A DNA stretch of 64,000 nt from positions 1-64,000 of the forward strand of contig NIVC01001526.1 in the NCBI GenBank assembly GCA_002269645.1, given 5' to 3'. The stretch is from Macrostomum lignano (lineage: Eukaryota). Made by a program: the position numbers and the translations under genes. The notes below the pieces were generated by a model. The model had not been told where the DNA came from and ran no database searches. It saw nothing but the letters and a program-made list of their open reading frames with translations. Below, in pieces: positions 11,203-25,140 of the stretch. Numbering within the stretch: the stretch's first letter is position 1; the number at the start of each line of letters is the position of its first letter.

Positions 11203-12673
11203 CTACGAGAGCCTCCACTGGTCTGCCCGGCTGAAGAAGAAGGGCCTGCAAGGCCAATACGGCCAGCCGTGTGGCCGGTCGATTGACGGGTTGAGTTGAA
11301 TTGGACAACGCGAAGATTTTCTGTAAGTTGTTTTTTTAAGGAGGGACGGAACCAGGGGTTTTTTGGTACTCGTACAAGAGGCAGACGCGTTTACCGACGA
11401 GTTGTATCTTTTGTCCTTTTCTGTCATCTTGATTTCACCAGATCCAAACTGATTCTGATCTCCACGTTTGACCTGTGCAGAATCTTTAATCTTCATCTCT
11501 GTCTCCTCATCTTCGCTGGAGGAAACACAAATATCCAACGATAAAAATCGGGGGGAGAACAGGTAGCAACGAAGACGGTCAACTGCCGCTTTGTGACGTC
11601 TGCGAGCGTCCGTCAGCTGCCGATGAAGCTGCGGCTTTCGGTTGGGACTGAGGGCAGCCGTCAGTTCGTCTGGGGGGGTTCAGGGGGTTGTAGCCTGCAG
11701 AGGACACCCGATTGATAATATGGGAGGTTGCAGCCTGCAGACGACACCCGATTGATAATATGGGGGTTGCAGCCTGCAGAGGACACCCGATTGATAATAT
11801 GGGAGGTTGCAGCCTGCAGAGGACACCCGATTGATAATATGGGAGGTTGCAGCCTGCAGAGGACACCCGATTGATAATATGGGGGGTTGCAGCCTGCAGA
11901 GGACACCCAATCGATAATATGGGGTTGCAGCCTGCAGAGGACACCCGATCGATAATATGGGAGGTTGCAGCCTGCAGAAGACACCCGATTGATAATATGG
12001 GGGGTTGCAGCCTGCAGAGGACACCCAATCGATAATATGGGGTTGCAGCCTGCAGAGGACACCCGATCGATAATATGGGAGGTTGCAGCCTGCAGAAGAC
12101 ACCCGATTGATAATATGGGGGGTTGCAGCCTGCAGAGGACACCCAATCGATAATATGGGGTTGCAGCCTGCAGAGGACACCCGATTGATAATATGGGGGG
12201 TTGCAGCCTGCAGAGGACACCCGATTGATAATATGGGGGGTTGCAGCCTGCAGAGGACACCCAATCGATAATATGGGGTTGCAGCCTGCAGAGGACACCC
12301 GATTGATAAAATATGGGGGTTGCAGCCTGCAGAGGACACCCGATTGATAACATGGGGGGGGGTTGCACTCTGTGGAGGACACCCAATCGATAATATGGAG
12401 GGTTGCAGCCTGCAGAGGACACCCGATTGATAATATGGGGGGTTGCAGCCTGCAGAGGACACCCGATTGATAATATGGGGGGTTGCAGCCTGCAGAGGAC
12501 ACCCGATCGACAATATGGGTTTAAGTTTACTTTTAGATTGAAAAAAATGTTGTGGTATTTGATCATTTCTTTTAACTGACAGGCTTCTGAACTTCCGAGA
12601 AGCATATGAAACTAGTAAGGGCATGCGAAGACTTACCACAGCTATAGACGACAACTGTATAATATTCTTCCAT
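11203..12673 (-). CDS. Orphan spliced gene: exon 12637-12673 (MEEYYTVVVYSC) plus exon starting at 11669
   Basis: G|GTAAGT donor at 12636 and ccccccag| acceptor at 11670 are both phase 1, giving an open frame ...DELTAALSPNRKPQLHRQLTDARRRHKAAVDRLRCYLFSPRF...SSSEDEE. No known domain. Confidence 0.6.
11683..12519. repeat. ~39-40-bp intronic minisatellite with a 118-bp higher-order repeat
   Basis: Unit GTTGCAGCCTGCAGAGGACACCCGATTGATAATATGGGGG. Near-identical ORF-track entries at 11847, 11965 and 12083 show a 118-bp period. Confidence 0.95.
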
Positions 12674-13127
12674 TCTTACTAAAAAATCGACGTTTTCAGC
12701 GAATATTTAATTACTCGTAGTGCAAGTTTTTCAGAAGCCAGAGAGATGTCTTGTCTCTCTTTCGGAGCTCTGGGTTTTGTTGCTTTTGTACTCAGATTCG
12801 GGTTTGCAATTAATTTGCAAAACTATAGAAAGTGACAAGGAATTGCCTACAGTCTGCAGGCTTCGTGTCTGTTTCGAGGGCTCTTCAAACTCGCACTGCA
12901 TGTACAGATCTTTGTCAAATCTTCACAACTTCATATTTTACAACAGATTATAGACTCACTGTGTCTTTGCTTGGCTTTGTATCAAACTGCAGACATGAAT
13001 TAGGTAATTCAGGTCGCAGTAATCAAGATTGGGCCTGACAGCAATTCGCTCAAAACTAGCTACTGGAGGTAAAAAGTAACGCCTTTTTATGAAAGGCAAA
13101 AAATAACTAGCTAGCTAACTACGAGCG

Positions 13128-14117
<990 letters not shown>

Positions 14118-14744
14118 CAATGCACCCTGCTAACTGCATGGTATTACTGTGGCCTCATTTGTTGATAACGAGGATGAGAATGAAGACGCGGTGAACTCAA
14201 AAAGACAGCCCGACGCCAGCCAAACGAACCGCTGGGATGACGGCCTGCCAGCCTTTGAATGGGGAGAAGGGAGAGACAGACGGTTGTGGGGTGGCTGCTG
14301 GCGGAACAGCGTTGAGGCTTTTTGACAGCCGCGGCATCCATTGATGGCGAGGGCGGCGTCGGTCCCAGCCGATGCAGCCAGTCAGTCAGGCGGCTCCATC
14401 ATAGGGGAGCAGGCTGCGGTGTGACACGGGGAGAATTCAGTACCGGAACTGCCGACTTCTATAAGCGAGGAGGCTGATATGCAGCTCATAATTCATTACC
14501 CTGTCACGTGAATCCTAAATCCCCGCGCGCAGAATGGGCTTTGTAGTAAACATTATCGGCAATGAAAAAAATCATCAATACATTGATATCATGGCGCTTA
14601 GTCGGAGCATATCTGACAGCGCTTTTTTATGCCACTCAGCTGACCATTCTAATAATAGGTTTGCCATGAGAAAAACATTTATTCGGCCGTGTGTGCTTGG
14701 GCTGAAAAAGTATTCAAGTTAGATTTGGACTACTTCTTGGGATT

Positions 14745-15500
14745 AGATTCTTGGGGTATCTGGAGATTCTGGGGATATCTGGAGATTCTGGGGATATCTA
14801 GAGATTCTTGGGGTATCAGGAGATTCTGGGGATATCTAGAGATTCTTGGGGTATCTGGAGAATCTTGGGATATCTGAAGATTCTTGGGTTATCTGAAGAT
14901 TCTTGGGATTTCTGGATAATCTTGGGATATCTGAAGATTCTTGGGGTATCTAGAGAATCTTGGGGTATCTGGAGATTCTGGGGATATCTGGAGATTCTGG
15001 GGATATCTGAAGATTCTTGGGATTTCTGGAGATTCTTGGGGTATCTGGAGATTCTTGGGGTATCTGGAGATTCTTGGGGTATCTGGAGATTCTTGGGGTA
15101 TCTGGAGATTCTGGGATATCTGGAGATTTTGGGGATATCTGGAGATCTGGGGATATCTGGAGATTCTGGGGACTTCTGGAGATTTCGGGGATATCTGAAG
15201 ATTCTTGGGATTTCTGGAGATTCTTGGGATATCTGAAGATTCTTGGGATTTCTGGAGATTCTTGGGATATCTAAAGATTCTTGGGATATCTGGAGATTCT
15301 TGGGATATCTGGAGATTCTTGGTATATCTGACTATTCTTGTGATTTCTAGATATTCCTGTGATTTCTAGATATTCCTGTGATTTCTAGATATTTCTGTGA
15401 TTTCTAGATATTCCTGTGATTTCTAGATATTCCTGTGATTTCTAGATATTCCTGTGATTTCTAGATATTCCTGTGATTTCTAGATATTTCTGGGATTTCT
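14745..15500. repeat. ~19-20-bp minisatellite
   Basis: GGAGATTCTTGGGGTATCT-type units drifting to GATTTCTAGATATTCCTGT at the right end. Confidence 0.92.
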
Positions 15501-15942
15501 GGGTATTCTTGGTCTTGGCACTAGCTTTATTAGGATTTAGACTTTGAAACTAAATTGTTGGAACTTGAATTGGGATTCAAGTTTGGGACTCCAGGGTTCT
15601 TGACACTACGTCAAGGTCTATGAAGACCTGCCAAGAGGTTGGAAATCCTTCCACCCTACCAGGGGGAAAAGCTGGGATCATGGAAGGAACCTGCTTGTTA
15701 CTGATTCAACTAAGATCCATCCCCAAACCCACCATCATCCCCTTGTTCCCGAATTCCCATTGGTTGTGCCTTTGCGAACCCACCCTCGGCGCCGGTAAAG
15801 CGACCCAATCCTGCGACTTCTCTCAGTGGTAAGAAAAACCGATCTTATTACTTTTAGCTAAACACCGGTGTCAAGTAAGCCACTTGAGATAAATAAAACT
15901 TCGAAGCAGATAATTAAAAAACAAACTGCATTAATAACTAAT

Positions 15943-16288
15943 ATGTCGCGTCATTATCAGCACCAGCAGATTTATGATCCCCAAATTGCCTGCCCAGAGC
16001 AATACCTGACTCAACAGCCGTATCACCATCAAGGTCACGTGCTCTATCAACAAGCCTCAGAAGCTGCCACCAATATACTTCAGTCGCCTCAATGTGCATT
16101 CGCTAGCGAAAATGCGTCAACGGTTGGCATGGCAACAACTCTTCATCAGCATGGCAGCGGGTCAGCAGTCAGGCCGGATTCAACCAGCCCGTGCTGCAGC
16201 AACGACAGCGGCGGACAGGCTGGCGGATTCAGTGCGGCGCCGTTCAAATGGATGGAGATCAAACGGCATCAGGCTAGGATGGCGAAAG
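15943..16288 (+). CDS. lab: Hox1/labial exon 1 (hexapeptide exon)
   Basis: MSRHYQHQQIY...SAAPFKWMEIKRHQARMAK carries the FKWM hexapeptide. Donor G|GTGAGC, phase 1. Confidence 0.88.
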
Positions 16289-16389
16289 GTGAGCCTTTGC
16301 TGTGTTTCTGCTTCTGATTTAATGAATGGTAAACCGAATAGTTAGCAAACTGAGTGTCAGGTGGTGTCAAACTGAGTCTAGAAGTGTCT

Positions 16390-17000
16390 TGACAAGGCGC
16401 CAAATTGGGTGTAGAAGTGGTGCCAAACTGGATGTAGAAGTGGCGCCAAACTGGGTGTAGAAGTGGCGCCAAACTGGGTGTAGAAGTGGCACCAAACTGG
16501 GCTTTGAGGTGGCGCCAAACTGGGTGTTGTTGAGGTGGCGCCAAACTGGGTGTTGAGGTGGCGCCAAACTGGGTGTTGTTGAGGTGGCGCCAAACTGGGT
16601 GTTGAGGTGGCGCCAAACTGGGTGTTGTTGAGGTGGCGCCAAACTTGGTGTTGAGGTGGCGCCAAACTGGGTGTTGTTGAGGAGGCGCCAAACTGGGTGT
16701 TGTTGAGGTGGCGCCAAACTGGGTGTAGAAGTGGCGCCAAACTGGGTGTAGAAGTGGCACCAAACTGGGCTTTGAGGTAGCGCCAAACTGGGTGTTGTTG
16801 AGGTGGCGCCAAACTGGGTGTTGAGGTGGCGCCAAACTGGGTGTTGAGGTGGCGCCAAACTGGGTGTTGTTGAGGTGGCGCAAAACTGCGTGTTGAGGTG
16901 GCGCCAAACTGGGTGTTGAGGTGGCGCCAAAATGGGTGTTGAGGTGGCGCCAAACTGGGTGTTGTTGAGGTGGCGCAGAACTGCGTGTTGAGGTGGCGCC
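16390..17000. repeat. 21/24-bp minisatellite in the Hox1 intron
   Basis: GGCGCCAAACTGGGTGTT(GTT)GAGGT units. Confidence 0.93.
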
Positions 17001-17534
17001 AATCCCAAATTCAACAGCCAAGGCATCCATAGTTTATCAATATTCATTCAATACTCAGCTATATAACTAGTAATATTCAGCACTGCAAACGGCCGGGTTA
17101 TCAGCCAAATGTTTACAAAATATCAGCAGCAAAAATACTATTTAAGTGGCTTAGCTTGTATCAGTTGTAGCCAATGTTAAATTTTGACAATATCTAGCTT
17201 CCATAGCAACAGGCTCCATAAACAGGGCGATAAAAGTGGCTTTAAAGGAACGATTCCGTTGCGAAGAATTATGGACCCTTCTTTGCGCAATGGCAAGTCA
17301 AGACGGAATCAGTTGGTGAAGGCTTGCGCGATCGGCTCATCAACTGCAGTTCTTCCGTTTGTTAAAAGCATTATACAGTATACTTACTATAGATAGTTTA
17401 TACATACTAAACTAGGCGCAGAAATATAAATTATAAAGTTAAACTGTGTGACAGATTGCCTAATTTGTTATATAAAAGTTTAATTAATGCTAATTTAATT
17501 AGGGCGCAAAATTTGGTCTTTGCGACGAACTCTG

Positions 17535-17865
17535 GCAGTTGGAGGGGGCGCCATGTTGTAGCAGTGGGGGGGGGGGCACCAAGTTGTAGCAGTTGGAGGG
17601 GCGCCAAGTTGTAGCAGTTGGAGGGCACCAAGTTGTAGCAGTTGGAGGGGCGCCAAGTTGTAGCAGTTGGAGGGGCGCCAAGTTGTAGCAGTTGGAGGGG
17701 CGCCAAGTTGTAGCAGTTGGAGGGGCGCCAAGTTGTAGCAGTTGGAGGGGCGCCAAGTTGTAGCAGTTGGAGGGGCGCCAAGTTGTAGTAGTTGGGGGCG
17801 CCAAGTTGTAGTAGTTGGGGGCGCCAAGTTGTAGCAGTGGGGGCGCCAAGTTGTAGCAGTTGGGG
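17535..17865. repeat. 26-bp minisatellite in the Hox1 intron
   Basis: GCGCCAAGTTGTAGCAGTTGGAGGGG units. Confidence 0.93.
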
Positions 17866-18394
17866 ACGCCAAACTGGTCAATTGAAGCCCCTATAAAACA
17901 GCCTTTCGCTCCCTTGTAACACGGCTTCAGTCTTTTTGTTTTTGAGTTTATTTTCGAAAATCTTTTTTTCGACAACAAGAAACTTCTTGGAATTTATTTC
18001 TAACCAATGGCTGACATTATATAAAATATGGCCCTGCAGACACCAAGCAGAGAGGGAGACCGATTTCGAGGATCATAAATCATGTCGGCCTTGTCAACTG
18101 GATCTGGTATCCGGGCAAGGATATTAGGCAATATACCCTAACCTTTTGTTGGCAATAAATCTTCCTATTCGCTACTGAAACTTCGACGGTCAACTAAGAA
18201 AGGAATTCCACTCGCAGTCAAAGAGATGGCGTGACCGCTTGAATTGTATCAAAAAAATGTTTTTTTATACTTCGGTCTTCGTGGTCTACTGTTTCGTTTT
18301 AACTAATAACATTTTCAACTTTACGAGTAGCAAGCATTACTTTATGAAAACGGCAAATATATACAACATTCTTATTATACCTTCCATGCGGTCT

Positions 18395-18530
18395 TAGTGC
18401 CCCTCATTTCCCGATTCAGGCGACCTTTCAGTGCCCCTCATTTCCCTATTCAGGAGCTCCTCATTTCCCAATTCAGGCGCCCCTCATTTCCCTATTCAGG
18501 CGGTCCCTCAGTGCCCCTCATTTCCCCATG
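18395..18530. repeat. Short degenerate ~24-bp tandem repeat
   Basis: CCCCTCATTTCCC(T)ATTCAGGCG, ~5 copies. Confidence 0.75.
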
Positions 18531-19192
18531 TGAGGCCGAACTTCAGCGAGAAAGTTAAACGCAACAGTACCGCCATAAAAAGTTACGTAGTCGGGGAACC
18601 TCAAACCCATTGGGGAAGAGAGCAGGCCACAGAGCTAAGACCTACAAACCGGGTTTTTCTGTTTGCTGAACTTTCTCCCTTACTCTCTTAGAGCTGAGAG
18701 ATCACTCATGTATGTGGAGTCTAATGCGCGCTTGCCAATAATGCTAAGAGCCAGGGCAAGGAAGTATAGGAGAAAGACAAACTTTGCTGTCCAGAAGTTT
18801 GTATAGAATTTAGACAGGGGCAGCCAGAGCTCTCAACTTCTATAGGGGAGGGAGGGCTCTGTATTTCCACAAAATGATGCAAAGTGGCCGCCAAGACGTG
18901 ACTTGGGAAAAGTTTTTAATAAATATATATCGCAAAACCGAACTCTAATATGCAATATGCGTATGAACCACAGTGCCAAGTCATGCGCGAAACCTGTCTT
19001 GCATTAATTTCTTTCAAGAGGGATTTCTGCGCTGATCAAGTTATGAGATCTGCATATGAGCGTCTACTCGTATTCTGGTTTGACAGAGTTCAGAGACGCG
19101 AGCCTTGAAAGCTTGGAATTTCATAATTGCGTCACTTTTGAGAAGTTCTCAATACTGAGTTTTAATTCTTTGATCCATGGGCGATTTAACAC

Positions 19193-19650
19193 TCCTGACT
19201 AGCTCCCATGACCGACGACTTACCACACCCCTGACTAGCTCCCATGACCGACGACTTACCACACCCCTGACTAGCTCCCATGACCGACGACTTACCACAC
19301 CCCTGACTAGCTCCCATGACCGACGACTTACCACACCCCCGACTAGCTCCCATGACCGACAACTTACCACACCCCTGACTAGCTCCCATGACCGACGACT
19401 TACCACACCCCTGACTAGCTCCCATGACCGACGACTTACCACACCCCTGACTAGCTCCCATGACCGACGACTTACCACACCCCTGACTAGTTCCCATGAC
19501 CGACGACTTACCACACCCCTGACTAGCTCCCATGACCGACGACTTACCACACCCCTGACTAGCTCCCATGACCGACGACTTACCACACCCCTGACTAGCT
19601 CCCATGACCGACGACTTACCACACCCCTGACTAGCTCCCATGACCGACGG
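19193..19650. repeat. 36-bp minisatellite, ~12.5 copies
   Basis: CCTGACTAGCTCCCATGACCGACGACTTACCACACC. Confidence 0.95.
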
Positions 19651-19694
19651 TTTACCACTGACTATATTTCACAATTTACCATCTTAATTTATCA

Positions 19695-20460
19695 TTCCTG
19701 ATGATTCACCATCTCTGATGATTTACCATCCCTGATGATTTGCCATCCTAGATGATTTACCATCCTTGATGATTTACCATCCCTGATGATTTACCATCCC
19801 TGATGATTTACCATCCCTGATGATTTACCATCCCTGATGATTTACTATCCCTGATGATTTACCATCCCTGATGATTTACCATCCTAGATGATTTACCATC
19901 CCTGATGATTTACCATCCCTGATGATTTACCATTTTTGATGATTTAATATGCCTGGTGATTTACCATCCCTGATGATTTACCATCCCTGATGATTTACCA
20001 TCCCTGATGATTTACTATCCCTGATGATTTACCATCCCTGATGATTTACCATCCCTGATGATTTACCATCCTAGATGATTTACCATCCCTGATGATTTAC
20101 CATCCCTGATGATTTACCATCCCTGATGATTTACCATCCTGTATGATTTACCATCCTTGATGATTTACCATCCTGTATGATTTACCATCCTGTATGATTT
20201 ACCATCCTTGATGATTTACCATCCTGTATGATTTACCATCCTGTATGATTTACCATCCTGTATGATTTACCATCCTTGATGATTTACCATCCTGTATGAT
20301 TTACCATCCTGTATGATTTACCATCCTGTATGATTTACCATCCTGTAAGATTTACCATCCTGTATGATTTACCATCCTGTATGATTTACCATCCTGTATG
20401 ATTTACCATCCTGTATGATTTACCATCCTGTATGATTTACCATCCCTGATGATTTACCAT
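19695..20460. repeat. 17-bp minisatellite, ~45 copies
   Basis: ATGATTTACCATCCCTG / ATGATTTACCATCCTGT. Confidence 0.95.
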
Positions 20461-20984
20461 CGATAGAGCAGAAATCATGCCAAATCATACCCTTAAGTCC
20501 GTATTCAACAATAATTTGTACTCAAACTACCCCTTTTGCTCAGCGAGCATTTGCGCAAAGAGTCCCGCAAAGCCACGAGTCAGTAATGATCCATCAATAG
20601 GGATCAAGATCCCAATTCCCTCAGACTAATTTTCGATCGAATAATCCCATGCTTGCCAAACTTTTGTGCATTGATCGCGGGAGATTTCTAGTAGAATTCT
20701 AGGAAAAGCCACGCCTCTGATCTGAGGATTTACTCGGTTAGCGAGAAGACGGCTTGGCAGAACTTCATCGTCTGCCAATATCGAGTGTATAGAATATAGT
20801 GTATACGCTCGTGTGGGAAGCATAAGCCAGAGTAAGACATATAGTAATCATTTCGACTCTCAGCTCAAATCCAACTGCAAAGATAGAATGCGGCTTCGAA
20901 TTGGGAACCTTTTTAAAATAGCTTCTCGTCATCGCATGACACTGGTGAAAATTAGTATATAGAAGTAGCCTTATTACTGTTAGG

Positions 20985-22140
20985 TAGGTCACTGCTTACC
21001 CTCTCTACAGTTTCTCAGTAGGTCACTGATATCCTCTCTACAGTCTCTCAGTAGGTCACTGATATCCTCTCTACAGTCTCTCAGTAGATCACTGATACCT
21101 TCTTTACAGTCTCTCAGTAGGTCACTGCTTACCCTCTCTACAGTCTCTCAGTAGGTCACTGATACCCTCTCTCTACAGTCTCTCAGTAGGGCACTGATAC
21201 CCTCTCTACACAGTCTCTCAGTAGGGCACTGATACCCTCTCTACACAGTCTCTCAGTAGGGCACTGATACCCTCTCTACACAGTCTCTCAGTAGGGCACT
21301 GATACCCTCTCTACACAGTCTCTCAGTAGGTCACTGATACCCTCTCTCTACAGTCTCTCAGTAGGGCACTGATACCCTCTCTCTACAGTCTCTCAGTAGG
21401 TCACTGATACCCTCTCTACAGTCTCTCAGTAGGTTACTGATACCCTCTCTACACAGTCTCTCAGTAGGGCACTGATACCCTCTCTACAGTCTCTCAGTAG
21501 GTCACTGATATCCTCTCTACAGTCTCTCAGTAGGTCACTGATATCCTCTCTACAGTCTCTCAGTAGGTCACTGATACCCTCTCTACAGTCTCTCAGTAGG
21601 TCACTGATACCCTCTCTACAGTCTCTCAGTAGGTCACTGATGCCTTCTTTACAGTCTCTCAGTAGGGCACTGATACCCTCTCTACACAGTCTCTCAGTAG
21701 GGCACTGATACCCTCTCTACACAGTCTCTCAGTAGGTCACTGATACCCTCTCTACACAGTCTCTCAGTAGGTCACTGATATCCTCTCTACAGTCTCTCAG
21801 TAGGTCACTGATATCCTCTCTACAGTCTCTCAGTAGGTCACTGATACCCTCTCTACAGTCTCTCAGTAGGTCACTGATACCCTCTCTACAGTCTCTCAGT
21901 AGGTCACTGATGCCTTCTTTACAGTCTCTCAGTAGGGCACTGATACCCTCTCTACACAGTCTCTCAGTAGGGCACTGATACCCTCTCTACACAGTCTCTC
22001 AGTAGGGCACTGATACCCTCTCTACACAGTCTCTCAGTAGGTCACTGATATCCTCTACAGTCTCTCAGTAGGTCACTGATATCCTCTCTACAGTCTCTCA
22101 GTAGGGCACTGATACCCTCTCTACAAAATCTCAGTAGGTC
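20985..22140. repeat. ~32-34-bp minisatellite
   Basis: GTAGGTCACTGATACCCTCTCTAC(AC)AGTCTCTCA. Confidence 0.95.
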
Positions 22141-22869
22141 ACCGATACCTACTATAGCATCTCCGATTTTTCACTCTTTTCAATGTAAATAGTTGCATTA
22201 AACTCTGCTTGCAGAAGCAATGCATTAACCTTTGTCGCTGGCGCCGGACGTTATCAGATGGGTTGCCATCATTATTCACAACGTGCCTCACGCCCCCCAC
22301 CCCACCACCACCTGCTAATGAGGCGCAAAGAGGCCTGCCCAACTCCTCAAATCTTCGGAAAAAACTAAGGGCCGACGCTGCTTCCGCGGCATGACAGACT
22401 ACAGCGAAAAAAAGCAAATAAGCAATTAAGCCGACCTGCACCCTCTAGGGCGTTCCAGCCGCCCATATATGCAGGCGTGTTCGGGTCGGCAGACAACAAA
22501 GGAAAAACAAAATCGCGCGAATACGGGCGAGAGAATAAGGAGAGAGATGAAAGGCGGCTCGGCTCGCACACTGCTGTTGCGTGTGCCCAGATTTCACTGC
22601 CACGCCGAAAACACGTTTGGGGAGGTGTGGGGTTGTGGGGTTGGGATCAGAAATTGGCTTCCGAAATTCTGGCGAAACGTTTCTGTAGGCTCGCTAAACT
22701 GGATTGGTGTAGCGGTGATAGCTTTAACCAAAATATAACCATTGATAAGCATAACAGTTCACCACAGGTGCAGTCAGCTTAGGTCAGAAAAATTAAATTC
22801 TGGTCATGTAGAACTTTGAAAAATTACAGAATTACTCGATTCTTTAAATGAGAGAATTAATATTGAAGC

Positions 22870-23745
22870 ATTAGGCGACTCTTAATGGGTGAATTGCAGA
22901 ATTAGGCGACTCCTAATGGGCTAAATGCAGAATTAGGTGATTCTTAATGGGTTGAGTTGCAGAATTAGGCGACTCCTTATGGGTGAATTGCAGAATTAGG
23001 CGACTCCTTATGGGTGAATTGCAGAATTAGGCGACTCCTAATGGGTGAATTGCAGAATTAGGTGATTCTTAATGGGTTGAGTTGTAGAATTAGGCGACTC
23101 CTAATGGGTGAATTGCAAAATTAGGCGACTCCTTATGGGTGAATTGCAGAATTAGGCGACTCCTAATGGGCTAAATGCAGAATTAGTTGATTCTTAATGG
23201 GTTGAGTTGTAGAATTAGGCGACTCCTAATGGGTGAATTGCAGCATTAGGCGACTCTTAAATTGGTGAATTGCAGCATTAGGCGATTTTTAAAATGGGTC
23301 AATTGCAGCATTAGGTGACTCTTAAAATGGGTGAATTGCAGCATTAGGCGACTCTTAAAATGGGTGAATTGCAGCATTAGGCGACTCTTAAAATGGGTGA
23401 ATTGCAGCATTAGGTGATTTTTAAAATGGGTGAATTGCAGCATTAGGTGATTTTTAAAATGGGTGAATTGCAGCATTAGGCGATTCTTAAAATGTGAGTT
23501 GCACAATTAGGCGATTCTTAAAATAAGTGAATTGCAAAATTAGGCGATTCTTAATGGGTGATTTGCAGCATTAGGCGACTTTTAAAATGGGTGAATTGCA
23601 GCATTAGGCGACTCTTAAAATGGGTGAATTGCAGCATTAGGCGACTCTTAAAATGGGTGAATTGCAGCATTAGGCGACTCTTAAAATGGGTGAATTGCAG
23701 CATTAGGCGACTCTTAAAATGGGTGAATTGCAGCATTAGGCGAGC
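22870..23745. repeat. 33-bp minisatellite
   Basis: GAATTGCAGCATTAGGCGACTCTTAAAATGGGT and variants. Confidence 0.95.
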
Positions 23746-23832
23746 AGGGCAAAGCAGCTCAGAGGTGAACGCGTCTGACCCTCGCGCCACGTGACGTGAC
23801 CCCTTTAACTTTCGTTAAATTTATATTTTCAG

Positions 23833-24272
23833 GCTGCAGACGAGCTTCTCAACAAACACAGCAACAGGAGGAACTGAGCTCGCCGCAGGCGGTTAAGCAG
23901 ACCCAGCAGCCGCAGTCAAGCACGTCAGTCGACTGCCCAGCAACATCATTCGTTGACTCGGCGAATTCCAGCTGCCCAATGCTCGCGGCAAACCCGACGG
24001 GACGAACCAATTTTACAAACAAGCAGCTGACTGAGCTGGAGAAGGAGTTCCACTTCAACAAGTACCTGACCAGGGCCCGGCGGATTGAGATCGCCACCAG
24101 CTTGAAGCTTAACGAGACCCAGGTGAAAATCTGGTTTCAGAACAGGCGGATGAAGCAGAAGAAGCGGCAGAAAGAGTCCAGCTTCCTGATGAAGCACCGG
24201 TCAGTCAAGGAGTGTGGCAGCGAGGATGAGGCAGCTGCCAAGTCAGTAATACGTTTGGTGCAATCGTTGTGA
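23833..24272 (+). CDS. lab: Hox1/labial exon 2 (homeodomain); joined CDS 261 aa
   Basis: Acceptor ttatattttcag|, phase 1. Homeodomain [60 protein letters not shown] has the paralogue-group-1 diagnostic [17 protein letters not shown] and RARRIEIA. Confidence 0.96.
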
Positions 24273-24435
24273 AGGCTGCTGGGAGTATTTGCTGCCCATG
24301 GGGACTTAAATAATTAACACATCCGGCATGTTAAAACTAAAGTTGACAGATGCTAAAATATGAAATAATTAGGTGCGCTTTGTTCAAGGTTAATTCACTA
24401 GTTTCATAAACCAAAGTTTAAAACAAGGACAATTA

Positions 24436-24535
24436 CCATCCGTGATGATTTACCATCCCTGATGATTTACCATCCCTGATGATTTACCATCCCTGATGAT
24501 TTACCATCCCTGATGATTTACCGTCCCCAGTGATT
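24436..24535. repeat. Second short copy of the 17-bp ATGATTTACCATCCCTG array
   Basis: Same unit as 19695-20460, ~6 copies, 3' of Hox1. Confidence 0.9.
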
Positions 24536-25140
24536 TAGAAGAAATAGAAAAACAAGCTACATATGCAAACAAACAGTTTCAAAGAAAGCATTTCTCATCT
24601 ACTGAAATGTGGAAGGTCAGTGAGTGCAAGCGATTTTAATCTAGTCAGAAAAATGATTGAACATGATTCCGTTAATTAAAACAAATTTGTCAGTCAATAA
24701 TTCTATAAAAATGGTTGCTTTATGGCTAGCGAGTCGGGAAGACAATTTGAACAGTAATTTATTTTTAAATCGATTGTACTATAGCTAACTGACTTTGTTA
24801 TACGTTCTGCTTAATTGAGTTCATACACTGTTGAGTATTTTTACGGTAGTTGTTTGTTGAATGCATGTACCGCTTACTGACATGGATTATCATTTTAAAA
24901 CGATACCTGATTGTAAATAAGCCATTTTCCCTAAGCACCTGAACTTTATGTACCTGCCTTCAGACCTTGCTTGGCCATATAGAAGAATTGTCATTCATAA
25001 TAATCTGACTAACAGGCGCATTGCTTTAGCGACCAAATACTCATTTACCAATGCTCATGTTATTTTATAATTTTGCTGTTAAACAAATTGATCACTTGGA
25101 TAAAAGAATCTATATTGAATGTGATTCAAGAATGTGATTT

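Noticed and set aside
14144-14341. 65-aa ORF in the GC-rich island upstream of Hox1
   Set aside because: No recognisable motif, and other frames are similarly open; could equally be a UTR exon or regulatory DNA.
14497-14504. TACCCTGT matching the 5' end of miR-10 near a Hox gene
   Set aside because: Only 8 nt match; the rest of mature miR-10 and a precursor hairpin are absent.
22139-22441. 100-aa ORF resembling a neuropeptide precursor (hydrophobic N-terminus, RR and GR sites)
   Set aside because: It starts at GTG, and the hydrophobic stretch is the translation of a polypyrimidine splice-acceptor-like tract.
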